NCBI GenBank assembly: GCA_938004065.1 | Contig: CALKWM010000041.1 | Coordinates: 26,889 to 90,888 of the forward strand | Origin: an uncultured bacterium | GTDB lineage: Bacteria; Patescibacteriota; JAHJAL01 | DNA: 64,000 nt | Direction: 5' to 3' | In this document: positions 18,662 to 29,711 of the stretch, one piece after another | Numbering within the stretch: the first letter of the stretch is position 1 | Layout of the letters: each line of letters starts with the position of its first letter | The notes under the pieces: generated by a model | The model's database searches: none | What the model was told of the DNA's origin: nothing | The model's input: the letters and a program-made list of their open reading frames with translations, nothing else | Made by a program: the position numbers and the translations under genes

Positions 18662-19636
18662 ATGAAACTCGACATTTTATCAATCGGCGACTGCACTATC
18701 GATGTTTTTCTCACACTGGTTGAGGGAAATGTGCAATGCAGTATTGACAAAAATTATTGCCAAATATGTTTTAACTATGGTGACAAAATTCCGGTTCGTG
18801 AAGTTATTCAAATTCCAGGAACCGGCAACGCCGCCAACCTGGCAATCGGCGCCAGTCGCTTGGGACTCAAAAGCGGCATCAATTGCATTATCGGCAACAA
18901 AACAGTTGGCGAAGCAATTATCAACAATTTCAAAAATGAAAAAGTAAATATCAAATATCTAATCAAAGATTTGAAATCTCCAACCAACTATTCCGCCATC
19001 CTAAACTATAAAGGCGAACGTACGATTTTCTCTCATCACGAGGATCGCCATTATCACCTCCCAAAAATTATCATCCCACCAAAATGGATATATCTGACAT
19101 CTGTTGGTCATGGTTATGAAAATCTCTACCAAAAAGTGGTTAAATATTGCCAAACCCATAATGTAAAATTGGGCTTTAATCCGGGTACTCTACAAATACG
19201 AAACGGTCTTTCAAAAATTAAAAATGTTATCGATCAGTCACAAGTGATCTTGGTCAACAAAGAAGAAGCCAACATGATACTAAATACTTCCAAAAAAGAC
19301 ATCAAATCACTACTTAAAAAACTCTTTGATCTCGGTCCCGATTATGCCGTTATCACCGATGGTCAAAATGGCGCGTATTCTTTTGACGGACATGAATTCA
19401 TCCACATACCCGCCACAAAAACAAATGTAGTTGAAAGAACCGGCGCCGGCGATGCTTTCTCAACCGGATTTATCTCCGCTATCATTCACGGTAAAAATCA
19501 TCGGGAAGCACTTGTTTGGGGCACGATGAACTCCGACGAAGTTATCAAATTTGTAGGTCCGCAAAAAGGACTTTTGACTTTGAAAAAAATAAAACACAAA
19601 GTCAAAAGTTGTCCGGTAAAAGTAAAAAATATCTAA
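18662..19636 (+). CDS. PfkB-family carbohydrate/nucleoside kinase (ribokinase-like)
   Basis: N-terminal GG-type motif (PGTGNAANLAIGASRLG) and the C-terminal PfkB anion-hole motif TGAGDAFSTGF. Confidence 0.8.
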   Translation: MKLDILSIGDCTIDVFLTLVEGNVQCSIDKNYCQICFNYGDKIPVREVIQIPGTGNAANLAIGASRLGLKSGINCIIGNKTVGEAIINNFKNEKVNIKYLIKDLKSPTNYSAILNYKGERTIFSHHEDRHYHLPKIIIPPKWIYLTSVGHGYENLYQKVVKYCQTHNVKLGFNPGTLQIRNGLSKIKNVIDQSQVILVNKEEANMILNTSKKDIKSLLKKLFDLGPDYAVITDGQNGAYSFDGHEFIHIPATKTNVVERTGAGDAFSTGFISAIIHGKNHREALVWGTMNSDEVIKFVGPQKGLLTLKKIKHKVKSCPVKVKNI

Positions 19637-19822
19637 AAATATCACAATGGAAATAAAAATCAAAATCAGTAAAAGTTCTATCAAAAGACTGCAACTTACT
19701 TTGGCCAGTATCGTATTATGTACAATATTATTTCTTTTCTAAAAACATTATCAATAATTTAACCATTTAACAATTTATCAATATTCATTTTTTTACAATA
19801 TTTCAATAAAACAAATATCATC

Positions 19823-20455
19823 ATGAAAACAAAAACAAAAAAAGCCACTACCACTTGCAAAAACAAACCACAGATTAAAAACTCTTTCAATCCAGAACAC
19901 TTAAAGTACTCCATCTGTGTTTCCGGTTCCGCCAATGCGGAAATTTGCGATGTTGATGCTGCCTCAAAAGTGGAAGAATTGGGACGTCAAATTGCCCTCC
20001 ACAACGCTTTCCTAATGACCGGAGCCACCACCGGCATGCCGGACTATGCTGCCAAAGGATGCCAAGACGCCGGCGGTATCAGTATCGGTGTCTCACCGGC
20101 CTACTCCAAACACGATCACGTTAATCGCTACAATCTCCCGCTCAAAAATTATGATCTCATCATGTACACCGGTTTTGGGTACTCCGGCAGAAATCTACTC
20201 CTAACCCGTATGGCCGACGCAGTAATAAATGTTTGCGGACGAATCGGCACTCTCAATGAATTTACCATTGCTTTCGAAGATAAAAAAATTATTGGAGTTC
20301 TGGAAGGTACCGGAGGGTTGGTCAATGAATTCAGAAAAATTGTCAACAAAGGATACCGTGGCCCGGGTAAAATAGTTTACGATCATGACCCTAAAAAATT
20401 GGTAGAAAAAGTAATTGCCCTGATTGCCGAAGAAAATAAATTCAAAAATAAATAA
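19823..20455 (+). CDS. LOG/SLOG-superfamily Rossmann-fold protein (TIGR00725-like, DprA/LOG-related)
   Basis: ICVSGSANAE … LMTGATTGMPDYAAKGCQDAGGISIGV … MYTGFGYSGRN … VINVCGRIGTLNEF matches the TIGR00725/LOG family pattern. Confidence 0.55.
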   Translation: MKTKTKKATTTCKNKPQIKNSFNPEHLKYSICVSGSANAEICDVDAASKVEELGRQIALHNAFLMTGATTGMPDYAAKGCQDAGGISIGVSPAYSKHDHVNRYNLPLKNYDLIMYTGFGYSGRNLLLTRMADAVINVCGRIGTLNEFTIAFEDKKIIGVLEGTGGLVNEFRKIVNKGYRGPGKIVYDHDPKKLVEKVIALIAEENKFKNK

Positions 20456-20459
20456 ATAT

Positions 20460-20572
20460 ATGAGTAGTGCTAATTAATTTTTTTATCTGTCATCCTCGAA
20501 TCGAAAGCCATTTTATGGCGCTTCGATATCGGGGATCCATGCCATATTTTTTATTTTTATTTAGCACTACTT
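20460..20572. mobile_element. MITE-like palindromic element, family 1 copy B, a shorter variant. TIRs are tgagtagtgctaa … ttagcactactta.
   Basis: Same TIRs and the same cores (ctgtcatcctcgaatcgaaagc, atcggggatccatgccatat) as copy A, with an internal deletion. It sits between the LOG-like gene and the giant ORF. Confidence 0.65.
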
Positions 20573-20588
20573 ATAAATATATATTTTC

Positions 20589-23500
20589 ATGAGAAAACTA
20601 TTCTCAAATCTTATCGACAAAATATCCAAAAACCAAACCTATGCTTTGGTATTTGGCTTAATACTATTTATTGCCATAGTAATTGGCATTCCATATCTCG
20701 ACTCAATTAATAAAAATCAGACACTTGAACTAAACCACCCATTGACAGAACGAATTGGCGATAACCACAAAATTTCAACTCCCACAGACGAAACAGATTA
20801 TACCGTTCCATCAGAAAACGACAGTACAATAACAGCCAAAACCGATACGGATGAAACGGTTATTTCTGATAATTCATCATCAACTGTTAGCAATCAAACC
20901 AATATTTCAAACCAACCCTCAAACGACAATGACACTAGTTATGCCATCATTGACATTTCCTCAAACATTATCTCTCCCGTGCAGGACACCGAACCAATAG
21001 TTATCAACGAAACCGCTCCTTGGGATGAGGGATACTATCAATACCAGGATGATACAATCGAAGTTAAATTTGGCGACAAAGACGAACAAAATCCAAAAGT
21101 TACATACAAGGCACCTATTTGGCAAGACATAAACGGCGAGTTATTTAATTCAGTTTCCAATTGGCTCGATCGCATCACCAACCGTAATATCAAATCAATC
21201 GAATTTTCTCTGGTTGATGCTTATGATTCCAGAACCCAATCAGAACCCAAAATTGATCTTCCAATTTCCGATTTTGAATCTAGTTTTTGGAATCAAATCA
21301 AAAATTTCTTTGTACGAATTTTCGAAGACAATCCAAACAACATCTTATTGTTCCAAGAAGATGGCCACGACATAATTTTAAACAAAAGTGTTCTAAAAAA
21401 TATCAATGTCAAATATCAGATTTTAAATAATCGAGGAATCAAAGAAGAAATAGTTATTGTAAATAGAGACGATCTAAAAAACTCATTTGTCTTCAGTCTA
21501 AAACTGGACAAAGGGATGAAGTATAATCGCAACCAGGAAATGGTTGTTGATGCGCCGGCCAATGTCTATTATTTCTATGACGAACAAAATCGATACATTG
21601 CCCATTTCGTGTCACTTTATGCCGAGGATCAGGCCGGCGCCAAGACGGAAAACGTTACCATGAAAATTAGCCAACTTTCCGATACGGATCACAAGATAAC
21701 TATCACCGTCGATCCTGAATGGCTTTATAGCTCAGAACGTAAATTCCCGATAATCATCGACCCATCGATCGTCCACGACACCCAGACTGAATTTGATACC
21801 GCCAAATCGTTAAATCGGGTTACTACCAACGCCAATCCGTCGATCGAACTGTCCGGACCCCCATACAAAAATTATGGAGTTTATACTTCTGATGTAATCG
21901 ACTTTGGCATAGCTGACCCAAATCTATACAATATGATCTGGACCGAAAACGGAGTGCAGACCGGCAGTGGCGAAACCGATTTAACCACTAATGGACTGGT
22001 AGCCAAATGGAATTTCAATGAAACTTCCGGTACAAGTGTCAGCGATTCCTCCGGTAACGGCCACACCGGCACGCTAACCAATATGACTACCACTGGGCAG
22101 GACGCCAGCGTCAATTCCGGCTGGACGGCTAACAATAAAAAGTGGGGGACTGGATCCGTGATGTTTGACGGTTCAAATGATTATATTGATGTTCCATCAT
22201 TTACTTTTAATGAAAATGGTATATTTGCAGTCTCATTTTGGATGAATCCTGTAAAAACCGGTACAAATCTGCATTATTTATTGGATTTTCGCAACGCTGA
22301 TGCTAACGGACAAAGCGCAGTTATCAGTTATGATCATAACAACACGGGCGCGATCGATTACACTATCTTTGGCGAATCCAATTGGCATAATGGTACCATT
22401 CCGTTAAATGAGAGATCGTGGAACCATGTCGTGGTTATTCACAACTCAAACTCTAACAATTTAAAAACATACATAAATGGTCAATTAGATCAAAATGTCA
22501 GCGTTAATGATTTTACGATAACCGGCTCTCCTTTGAGAATCGGAGCCAGGAGACTCACCGGCGCCGCTCCCTATAAAGGTTCTATTGATGCGATAAAAAT
22601 ATTCAACCGTGATCTGTCGGAAAATGAAATTATATCACTATATAACTCTACCAACATCGAATTCCAGACCCGCACCGGCTCCGACGATAATCCCTATAAT
22701 GGTGGATGGGAAGAATGGAAACCGGCCGGATCGGGCACCGAAACACAATTAGACAGCTTTGATAATCAATTTCTCTATCCCACCAGCGAAACCGGTTTGA
22801 CCAACTACTGGCCAATGGATGAATTGTCCGGTTCAAACGTTGACGAACCGGTTAATTCAGCTGACGGCACCGCCACCGGCACTAAAATCATTGACGGTAA
22901 GTACGCCAAAGCCCGTTATTTTAACGGGACAAGTGATTATCTTTCCGTAACCAATAGTTCGGTCCTAAATCCGGGCAACAATTTTACTATTGAAAGTTGG
23001 ATCTATCAGCCGACTATCAGTGACAATGGGGCGATTATTAGTACACTGGATATTACAAATGGAGTAGTAACCAAAGGTTATGCTTTCAAAACAAATACCA
23101 GCTCATTATATGGTTGGAGGGCCAATAGTCTGATGTTACAATTGGGTACTCCCACCTGGAACTGGGGATATTGGACATCCCCAACCAACAGTTTGACTGC
23201 CGGTCGCTGGCACCATGTGGCTGTAACCGTGGCCAATGCCAATACTGCATCTAAAACCGTCTATTTTTACATCGACGGCAAACAATACCCCGGCGCTTTT
23301 TGGACCAATAACAGTCAACAAGTGGTCAATTTTAACACCAACACCACATCCAGCCGAATCGGTGGAATATATACTGCCACCATGCCTTCTTACAATACAA
23401 CATATTTCAACGGCAATATTGACGAACTAAAAATTTACAGCGCCATACTAAGCGCTGATCAAATCAGTCAAAAATATTTGGAAGGAAAAGAATTATTTAA

Positions 23501-26500
23501 TCTCCAACCATGTATATATCAAACCAACGACTCCGATATTAAAGTTGAAGGTTCTTATTCATCCAGAAATTCCTTTGGTCATGCTATTACCAGCCAAAAT
23601 CTCGTCGCTCTCTGGCACTTGGACGAAACCGGCGGTAGTGGGGCTTATCTGAAAGACAGTTCCGGTAACAACAACCACGCCACCCCTTCGAGTTCGAACA
23701 ACAATATTGAAAATGGCATTACCGGTAAAGGCAGAAAAACGGTAAATGGCGGCAATATCACTATTCCCGATTCAACATCGTTACGACCAGCCGGCGCTTT
23801 TTCCTTTAATTTTTGGATTAAAACTAATGGTTTAAACTCTACCGCCCAATCATATTTCATCAACAAAGAAACCTGGTCGTCGAGTGGCTGGGCAATTATG
23901 GATAATGGTTCCTATACCAGTGATGTTATGTTCAGAGTTTTACCATCGGGTACCGGAACTTGTGGAACGGGTGTAGCATGTATGAGCCGTACCCTGGTAA
24001 ATGACAACAACTGGCATATGATTTCCGGTGTTTATAATGGCTCTAATATTTTTTTGTATCTCGACGGTGTCCAAAAAGACAGCCGTAGTGCCGGCAGTTT
24101 TACTACCAGCAATAACAATGTTTTAATAAATCAAACAAGCGGTAGCGCCAATGGCGTCCTGATGGATGAAATATCAATCCATGGTACTGCATTGAGTGTT
24201 GATGAAATCAACGAATTATACCGTCTCGGCCGTGATCATTATGTGAACAACAACATTGACTCAATTGATCTAAGTGATAGCTCTAAAATCGCTTTTTATA
24301 CCGCCTCCGATCAACCAGGCGAAAATTATGATTTAATTGTTGGCGAATCCACCTTTGCCAACTACCAAACTGACGCTAACACAATTGGTTTGTGGCATTT
24401 AAATGATAAAACAAACAATATTTTTGACTCAAGTGGATACTACAACAACGGAACAACTTCAGGGACTACGGCTGTGAATGCTTATTTAGATTATGGCAGA
24501 TCATTTAACGGAACTAGTGACTGGATCAATATCGACAGTGAGGCCGCCGACATGCCCACCACTACCAGTAACCTATCCGTTTCCGCTTGGGTAAAATGGG
24601 ATGATGCTCCAACCACTAATGAAGTTGTGATTAGTTATGGAGGCAATAACAGCGCCACGGGCTGGTTGTTGCAATACGAAACTACCGGAAAAATTCAGTT
24701 TTCCGTTCGTAATGCAAATTCTGTATCATCCGGTATTACACCTGTCGGCGGACACTGGTACCACCTCACCGGCACCTATGACCATTCCAATGTCAAACTC
24801 TATATCGACGGACAACTGGTAGGTAGTTCGCCGGCCACATCGAATATTATCACCGCCACTACTCTTCGTTTTGGCAATGAATACAATCGCAGTTATTATT
24901 TTGATGGTGTTCTTGATGAGATAAGAATTGACAAAATCGCCCGCACTCCCGAAGAAATTCGCCAGGCCTATGAAATCGGCAAACGAACTCATTCCATCAC
25001 TTTCGACTTCGCCGCCGGCTTGGATAGTGCCAATACCATCAGTGGCTCCGGCGACTATTCATTCACCGTCGACGCCACCACCAAAGGATTAGGAACCAAA
25101 GGCGAGGGATTATATGTCGGCGACAAAATTATTATCAAAGAAAACTATGACGGTACTGAATACATCGCCCAAGGTATCGTCGAAGCCGTCAATCAAACTA
25201 CCGGCGCCACTGTCGTTTCCGCCTGGGATGTCGGCTCTACTTTCCCGTCAGGCGGATTTACTCAATACGCCGATGCTTTCAAATGGCAGCGGGAATACTT
25301 TGATCTGACCGGAATTCTGGATGATCATCTGGAAACCACTCAACTGATCACCATCCGCAAAACCACCGGCACCTCCGGCAGCACCATCTGGCTGGACGAT
25401 TTAAATTCAATCGATAGTTATCTGACGGATCCACTGGGCAGTGAAATTAACTCAAGTGATAATCAATATCTACAGTATCGGGCGATATTTACCACGCAGG
25501 ATGAAAACATCACCCCGTCAATTTCCGATGTTACCATCAATTTCGATAACGCACCCGAACCGTCATTTGATTCCGCCGACACCTCCCAGTCATCCATCAA
25601 CCTCAACAACCAGAATGCTTTCAACGTCCAGTGTCAGAATGCCATGGTCTATGCTTCGGGACAAACGGTCACCTGTCAGGGATCATGGGATAACAGCAAT
25701 TGGAACACGGTGGTCAGTACCACTTCACCCGTTTCCGGCACCATTCAGGGTACTCCAGATATTACAACCTGGACCGGCTATCCCGCTGACGGTAACGTTA
25801 CCATATACGTCCGCATGCTGGTTGAATCCACTCCTTACGGACCGGAGACGTTCAGTGTCACCAAGGACACCGTCCGACCAACCATAAACTCGATAAATTC
25901 CGTCGCCGGCGATACATCCGACCCATATCTCGACCCTACTGATGATGGTTCGACAATAGTCAGTTTAAACACCACCGACGCGAGTACCTGCCGTTGGGAT
26001 GAAAGTGACACCGACTACGCCAGCATGAGCAATACCTGCAGTTCACCAACCAATTGTGACTTGGATATGACTGGTGAGGGAGGTCATATTGTTTATTTCC
26101 AATGTATTGATTCCTCATCCAATTCTACTGCTAATTCCTATGAATTAACATATTCACTCACTTACCTGGAAGACTGGGACGGCATTCCCTATGCTTCCGA
26201 CAACTGTCCGGAGACATATAATCCCAATCAATCAGACATGGATGGGGACACTAGCGGCGACGCCTGTGACCCGGAAACTCTAATAAGCGCCAATACCACC
26301 TGGCCCGCGGGAGAATATAATTTCAAATATTTACATGTGACAAATAACGCCACTCTCACTCTAAACTCTAACACCGGTTCACCCTTCCCCGGTGTCAGTA
26401 TTACTGGTGAAAACATCACCGTTGATAATGGATCAAAAATAAGTGCTGACCAAAAAGGTTACGGCAGTGCTCAAGGGCCCGGGGCCGGTGCAAATGGAAA

Positions 26501-29500
26501 CACCGTGTTGCAACCTGTCGGTGGTACCGGCGCTGATCATGGCAGTCGTGGCGGTAACGGCATCAATCATACCAATAACGATAATTCATATGGCAATGCT
26601 TATGAACCGACTACTTTGGGCAGTGGTGGTGGTAGTGAAGATTCCTTTCATAACACTTATGGTGGTCCTGGTGGTGGAGCCATCAAAATAAATATTTCTG
26701 GTATCCTGACAAATAACGGAATTATAAGCACCAACGCCGGCAATGCCATTTTTAGCGGTTACGGCATTCCACAAGGTAGCGGCGGCGGATCCGGCGGTAG
26801 TATCTGGATTATAACTAATACTATAAATGGTAATGGTAGTATCCAATCCAATGGTGGTGCGGCCACCACCGGCGCCAACTGCTCAAACTGTTACGGTGGC
26901 GGTGGTTCGGGCGGACGTATCAGTATCAATTTTTCTACAAGCAATTATGCTGGCGCAATTAAAGCCATGGGTGGTACCGGTCATCAGCAAGGAGAAGACG
27001 GCACAATTTCTTACAACGGCAACATGTCGAATTCGTGCGACACCGGCAATCCTTTTAGTCATTGTTATATTGATCAAATTCACCACTTACCGAACAATCT
27101 ATCCTACAAATACAATAATCTTACCATCGAATCAGGCGGTCAGATGGAGTTTAAAGATGATTATACCGGCACACTGGAGCCTGGCAATTTATCAATTGAG
27201 ACTGATGGTATGATTAAAATCGACAACTCAGCCGAAATTGATATCACCGGGGTCAATACTATTGATATAGATGGGGAAATATATCTCGAATCGGGCACAT
27301 CCGGAAATCATAGTGTTTTATCGCTCAGCGGTGATGATATTACCATCTCAGGTAATTCGGTCGAAGGCGAGCGCTGGTCGGAAATAAATATTCATGCTAA
27401 TGACGCTTTATTGGTGGATGGATTAGTCAAAGCTACCTGGATCGATATAACCGGCGACAATTTTAATATAACTTCAAGTGGACAAATTATAACCGACACA
27501 TTGGGACACCCCAGCACTTCCGGTCCCGGAGCCGGTTCGTATGGTAATTCCACCCTGGGACCGGTAGGCGCTACTGGCGCCGGTCATGGTGCTGTTGGTG
27601 GCGACGGCTATGATCATACTCCAGGCGGTTCCAGCTATGGCGATCAAAATGCCCCGGTTGATCTCGGTTCAGGTGGTGGTAGCCAAAACTCTTCTTATCC
27701 CGATTTTGGTGGTCCTGGTGGCGGCGCTTTAAAAATTAATTTAAATGGTACTTTAAACAATAACGGTCTTATCAGTAGTAATGCTAGCGATGCCATTTAC
27801 AGTGGTTATGGTTTTCCTCAAGGTTCCGGTGGTGGTTCCGGCGGTAGTATATGGATAATCTCTGACGCATTAAATGGTAGCGGTCAAATTGAAGCCGATG
27901 GCGGCGATGGTAACGATGGTATTAACGCTCCGGTAGCTTATGGTGGTTGCGGTTCCGGCGGCAGGATTAAAATTGAATATGTCACAAATAGTTTTACTGG
28001 CGATGTCACCGCCGACGGTGGCACGATCGGTCATGCCGTTCCTTGTTCAGCCGGTTCTATCGTCTACACTCAAAATTCTTCAAGTTTACCACGGGTTAAT
28101 TCGATCACTTCAGTTGCCGGTGATACATCTTTACCCTATGAAGACACTACGGATAACAGTCAAACGCTGGTTGAATTCACCACCTTAAACAGCCCAACCA
28201 ACGTCAAATGGGATACCATCGATACCAACTATGATTCCATGACCAATAGTTGTGGCAGTATTACTCAATGTTTGCTTGATCTATCCGGCAACGGTGTTAA
28301 AACCGTCTATTTCCGGGCCACCGATGGTTCCGGTAATAACTCGGCCTCCTCCTATGTTTTGCAATACACCATCAATGACACATCAGTTTCGGAGCCATTT
28401 GTCAGTGCTATTATCTCTGTGGCCGGTGATGACACCCCGCCATATGTCGATGTCAGCGATGACGAACACACAATGGTTAATTTTTCTACCATCAATAATT
28501 CAACCAATGTCAAATGGGATAACACTGACACCGACTACGATAGTATGTCCAATAGTTGTGACAGCATAACTGAATGTGACTTGAATCTTGCCGGCGACGG
28601 TATTCACGTTGTTTATTTCCGCGCCACTGATGGTTCAGGAAATAAATCGTCTTCTTCAACCCAACTACAATACACTATCCGACAAACAGAATATTCTAAT
28701 CAACTCAGTAGTTCATTTCCTTCCGAAAATGACTTAACTCTAACTGTTAGTTTTAAACCCAGTTTTTCTGAACCCATCACCGACGGCAGTATCAAACTAA
28801 TCATGGATGATGAATTTGACTTTAGCGGTTTGACTATCAATGATGTCTCCGCCAGTGGTGGCGATGTCACCTGGACCAATGACGAGCAGATCTATGCCGG
28901 TGGAATTCAAATCGCGAGATCAAATATTCCATTTGTAAGTATTGCTAAGGCTCAAGGAGAAAATTCCATTACCTTTAACTTCACCGGTGATATTTCTTCT
29001 GAAGATGGAGAGATAACTTTCATCATTGGTGGCTTAAATCAACCCGGTAATCCACCCACCGAAGGACCATATAGTTACATCCTCGAATGGTATGAAGAAA
29101 ATAACGCCGGTGGTTCACCTTTGTATATTCAGGACGGTAAAGTACATATCAATACCGGCACAACAGTTTCCGCTTCAGTACCGACTGCTTTTTCATTTAT
29201 CATCGATCCGGTTGGTACGGGCACCGTCAATGGCGCCAACATCACCACCTCCACCACAACCGGCAATACTGCCAATTTTGGAACATTCACTTCCGCCGAC
29301 GATCGCATTGCCGCCCATGACCTCATTGTCTCTACCAACTCGACCAGCGGTTACATTATCACTACTCAGTATTCCGGACTATTTTCTTCCGCTACTGACA
29401 ATATGAATAATTTTACCGGATCAAATACCGCACCAACCACCTGGACCACACCCCCCGGATCCGGAGTGGAAAGCTATTTTGCTTATACAACTAATGATTC

Positions 29501-29711
29501 TTCACTCTTGAATTCTTCAACAGACAGATTTACCTCTTCCGGTGGCAATAAATGGGCCTCCTTCGCTACCACTCCCTCCGAAGTGTCATATTCCAACACT
29601 GCCGTGATAGATGAAACCACCAGAGTAGGATACCGTCTGGAAATTACCAATCTGCAACCGGCCGGCATATATTCCACAAATGTCATGTATATCGCTACAC
29701 CAACATTCTAA
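20589..29711 (+). CDS. Giant (3040 aa) cell-surface multidomain protein. It has an N-terminal signal-anchor, 4-5 LamG/concanavalin-A-like lectin domains, one thrombospondin type-3 Ca-binding repeat, two ~348-aa Gly-rich beta-helix-like repeats, three ~95-aa Cys-containing Ig-like modules and a C-terminal ~190-aa domain shared with the next gene.
   Basis: Single uninterrupted ORF. LamG_3-type motifs (LVAKWNFNETSGTSVSDSSGNGHTGTL, GSIDAIKIFNRDLSENEI and paralogous copies). TSP3 repeat DWDGIPYASDNCPETYNPNQSDMDGDTSGDACDP. Duplicated GGPGGGA(I/L)KIN … SGGGSGGSIWII blocks. Three …SVAGDTSxPYxD…KWDxxDTDYxSMxNSCxSxTxC…VYF… modules. Confidence 0.85.
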   Translation: MRKLFSNLIDKISKNQTYALVFGLILFIAIVIGIPYLDSINKNQTLELNHPLTERIGDNHKISTPTDETDYTVPSENDSTITAKTDTDETVISDNSSSTVSNQTNISNQPSNDNDTSYAIIDISSNIISPVQDTEPIVINETAPWDEGYYQYQDDTIEVKFGDKDEQNPKVTYKAPIWQDINGELFNSVSNWLDRITNRNIKSIEFSLVDAYDSRTQSEPKIDLPISDFESSFWNQIKNFFVRIFEDNPNNILLFQEDGHDIILNKSVLKNINVKYQILNNRGIKEEIVIVNRDDLKNSFVFSLKLDKGMKYNRNQEMVVDAPANVYYFYDEQNRYIAHFVSLYAEDQAGAKTENVTMKISQLSDTDHKITITVDPEWLYSSERKFPIIIDPSIVHDTQTEFDTAKSLNRVTTNANPSIELSGPPYKNYGVYTSDVIDFGIADPNLYNMIWTENGVQTGSGETDLTTNGLVAKWNFNETSGTSVSDSSGNGHTGTLTNMTTTGQDASVNSGWTANNKKWGTGSVMFDGSNDYIDVPSFTFNENGIFAVSFWMNPVKTGTNLHYLLDFRNADANGQSAVISYDHNNTGAIDYTIFGESNWHNGTIPLNERSWNHVVVIHNSNSNNLKTYINGQLDQNVSVNDFTITGSPLRIGARRLTGAAPYKGSIDAIKIFNRDLSENEIISLYNSTNIEFQTRTGSDDNPYNGGWEEWKPAGSGTETQLDSFDNQFLYPTSETGLTNYWPMDELSGSNVDEPVNSADGTATGTKIIDGKYAKARYFNGTSDYLSVTNSSVLNPGNNFTIESWIYQPTISDNGAIISTLDITNGVVTKGYAFKTNTSSLYGWRANSLMLQLGTPTWNWGYWTSPTNSLTAGRWHHVAVTVANANTASKTVYFYIDGKQYPGAFWTNNSQQVVNFNTNTTSSRIGGIYTATMPSYNTTYFNGNIDELKIYSAILSADQISQKYLEGKELFNLQPCIYQTNDSDIKVEGSYSSRNSFGHAITSQNLVALWHLDETGGSGAYLKDSSGNNNHATPSSSNNNIENGITGKGRKTVNGGNITIPDSTSLRPAGAFSFNFWIKTNGLNSTAQSYFINKETWSSSGWAIMDNGSYTSDVMFRVLPSGTGTCGTGVACMSRTLVNDNNWHMISGVYNGSNIFLYLDGVQKDSRSAGSFTTSNNNVLINQTSGSANGVLMDEISIHGTALSVDEINELYRLGRDHYVNNNIDSIDLSDSSKIAFYTASDQPGENYDLIVGESTFANYQTDANTIGLWHLNDKTNNIFDSSGYYNNGTTSGTTAVNAYLDYGRSFNGTSDWINIDSEAADMPTTTSNLSVSAWVKWDDAPTTNEVVISYGGNNSATGWLLQYETTGKIQFSVRNANSVSSGITPVGGHWYHLTGTYDHSNVKLYIDGQLVGSSPATSNIITATTLRFGNEYNRSYYFDGVLDEIRIDKIARTPEEIRQAYEIGKRTHSITFDFAAGLDSANTISGSGDYSFTVDATTKGLGTKGEGLYVGDKIIIKENYDGTEYIAQGIVEAVNQTTGATVVSAWDVGSTFPSGGFTQYADAFKWQREYFDLTGILDDHLETTQLITIRKTTGTSGSTIWLDDLNSIDSYLTDPLGSEINSSDNQYLQYRAIFTTQDENITPSISDVTINFDNAPEPSFDSADTSQSSINLNNQNAFNVQCQNAMVYASGQTVTCQGSWDNSNWNTVVSTTSPVSGTIQGTPDITTWTGYPADGNVTIYVRMLVESTPYGPETFSVTKDTVRPTINSINSVAGDTSDPYLDPTDDGSTIVSLNTTDASTCRWDESDTDYASMSNTCSSPTNCDLDMTGEGGHIVYFQCIDSSSNSTANSYELTYSLTYLEDWDGIPYASDNCPETYNPNQSDMDGDTSGDACDPETLISANTTWPAGEYNFKYLHVTNNATLTLNSNTGSPFPGVSITGENITVDNGSKISADQKGYGSAQGPGAGANGNTVLQPVGGTGADHGSRGGNGINHTNNDNSYGNAYEPTTLGSGGGSEDSFHNTYGGPGGGAIKINISGILTNNGIISTNAGNAIFSGYGIPQGSGGGSGGSIWIITNTINGNGSIQSNGGAATTGANCSNCYGGGGSGGRISINFSTSNYAGAIKAMGGTGHQQGEDGTISYNGNMSNSCDTGNPFSHCYIDQIHHLPNNLSYKYNNLTIESGGQMEFKDDYTGTLEPGNLSIETDGMIKIDNSAEIDITGVNTIDIDGEIYLESGTSGNHSVLSLSGDDITISGNSVEGERWSEINIHANDALLVDGLVKATWIDITGDNFNITSSGQIITDTLGHPSTSGPGAGSYGNSTLGPVGATGAGHGAVGGDGYDHTPGGSSYGDQNAPVDLGSGGGSQNSSYPDFGGPGGGALKINLNGTLNNNGLISSNASDAIYSGYGFPQGSGGGSGGSIWIISDALNGSGQIEADGGDGNDGINAPVAYGGCGSGGRIKIEYVTNSFTGDVTADGGTIGHAVPCSAGSIVYTQNSSSLPRVNSITSVAGDTSLPYEDTTDNSQTLVEFTTLNSPTNVKWDTIDTNYDSMTNSCGSITQCLLDLSGNGVKTVYFRATDGSGNNSASSYVLQYTINDTSVSEPFVSAIISVAGDDTPPYVDVSDDEHTMVNFSTINNSTNVKWDNTDTDYDSMSNSCDSITECDLNLAGDGIHVVYFRATDGSGNKSSSSTQLQYTIRQTEYSNQLSSSFPSENDLTLTVSFKPSFSEPITDGSIKLIMDDEFDFSGLTINDVSASGGDVTWTNDEQIYAGGIQIARSNIPFVSIAKAQGENSITFNFTGDISSEDGEITFIIGGLNQPGNPPTEGPYSYILEWYEENNAGGSPLYIQDGKVHINTGTTVSASVPTAFSFIIDPVGTGTVNGANITTSTTTGNTANFGTFTSADDRIAAHDLIVSTNSTSGYIITTQYSGLFSSATDNMNNFTGSNTAPTTWTTPPGSGVESYFAYTTNDSSLLNSSTDRFTSSGGNKWASFATTPSEVSYSNTAVIDETTRVGYRLEITNLQPAGIYSTNVMYIATPTF

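Noticed and set aside
21881-29686. Numerous 60-150-aa ORFs on both strands inside the giant gene (e.g. 25441..25887, 26827..27213, 28252..28569)
   Set aside because: High local GC keeps alternative frames open. All are nested within a continuous 3040-aa ORF with clear domain homology.
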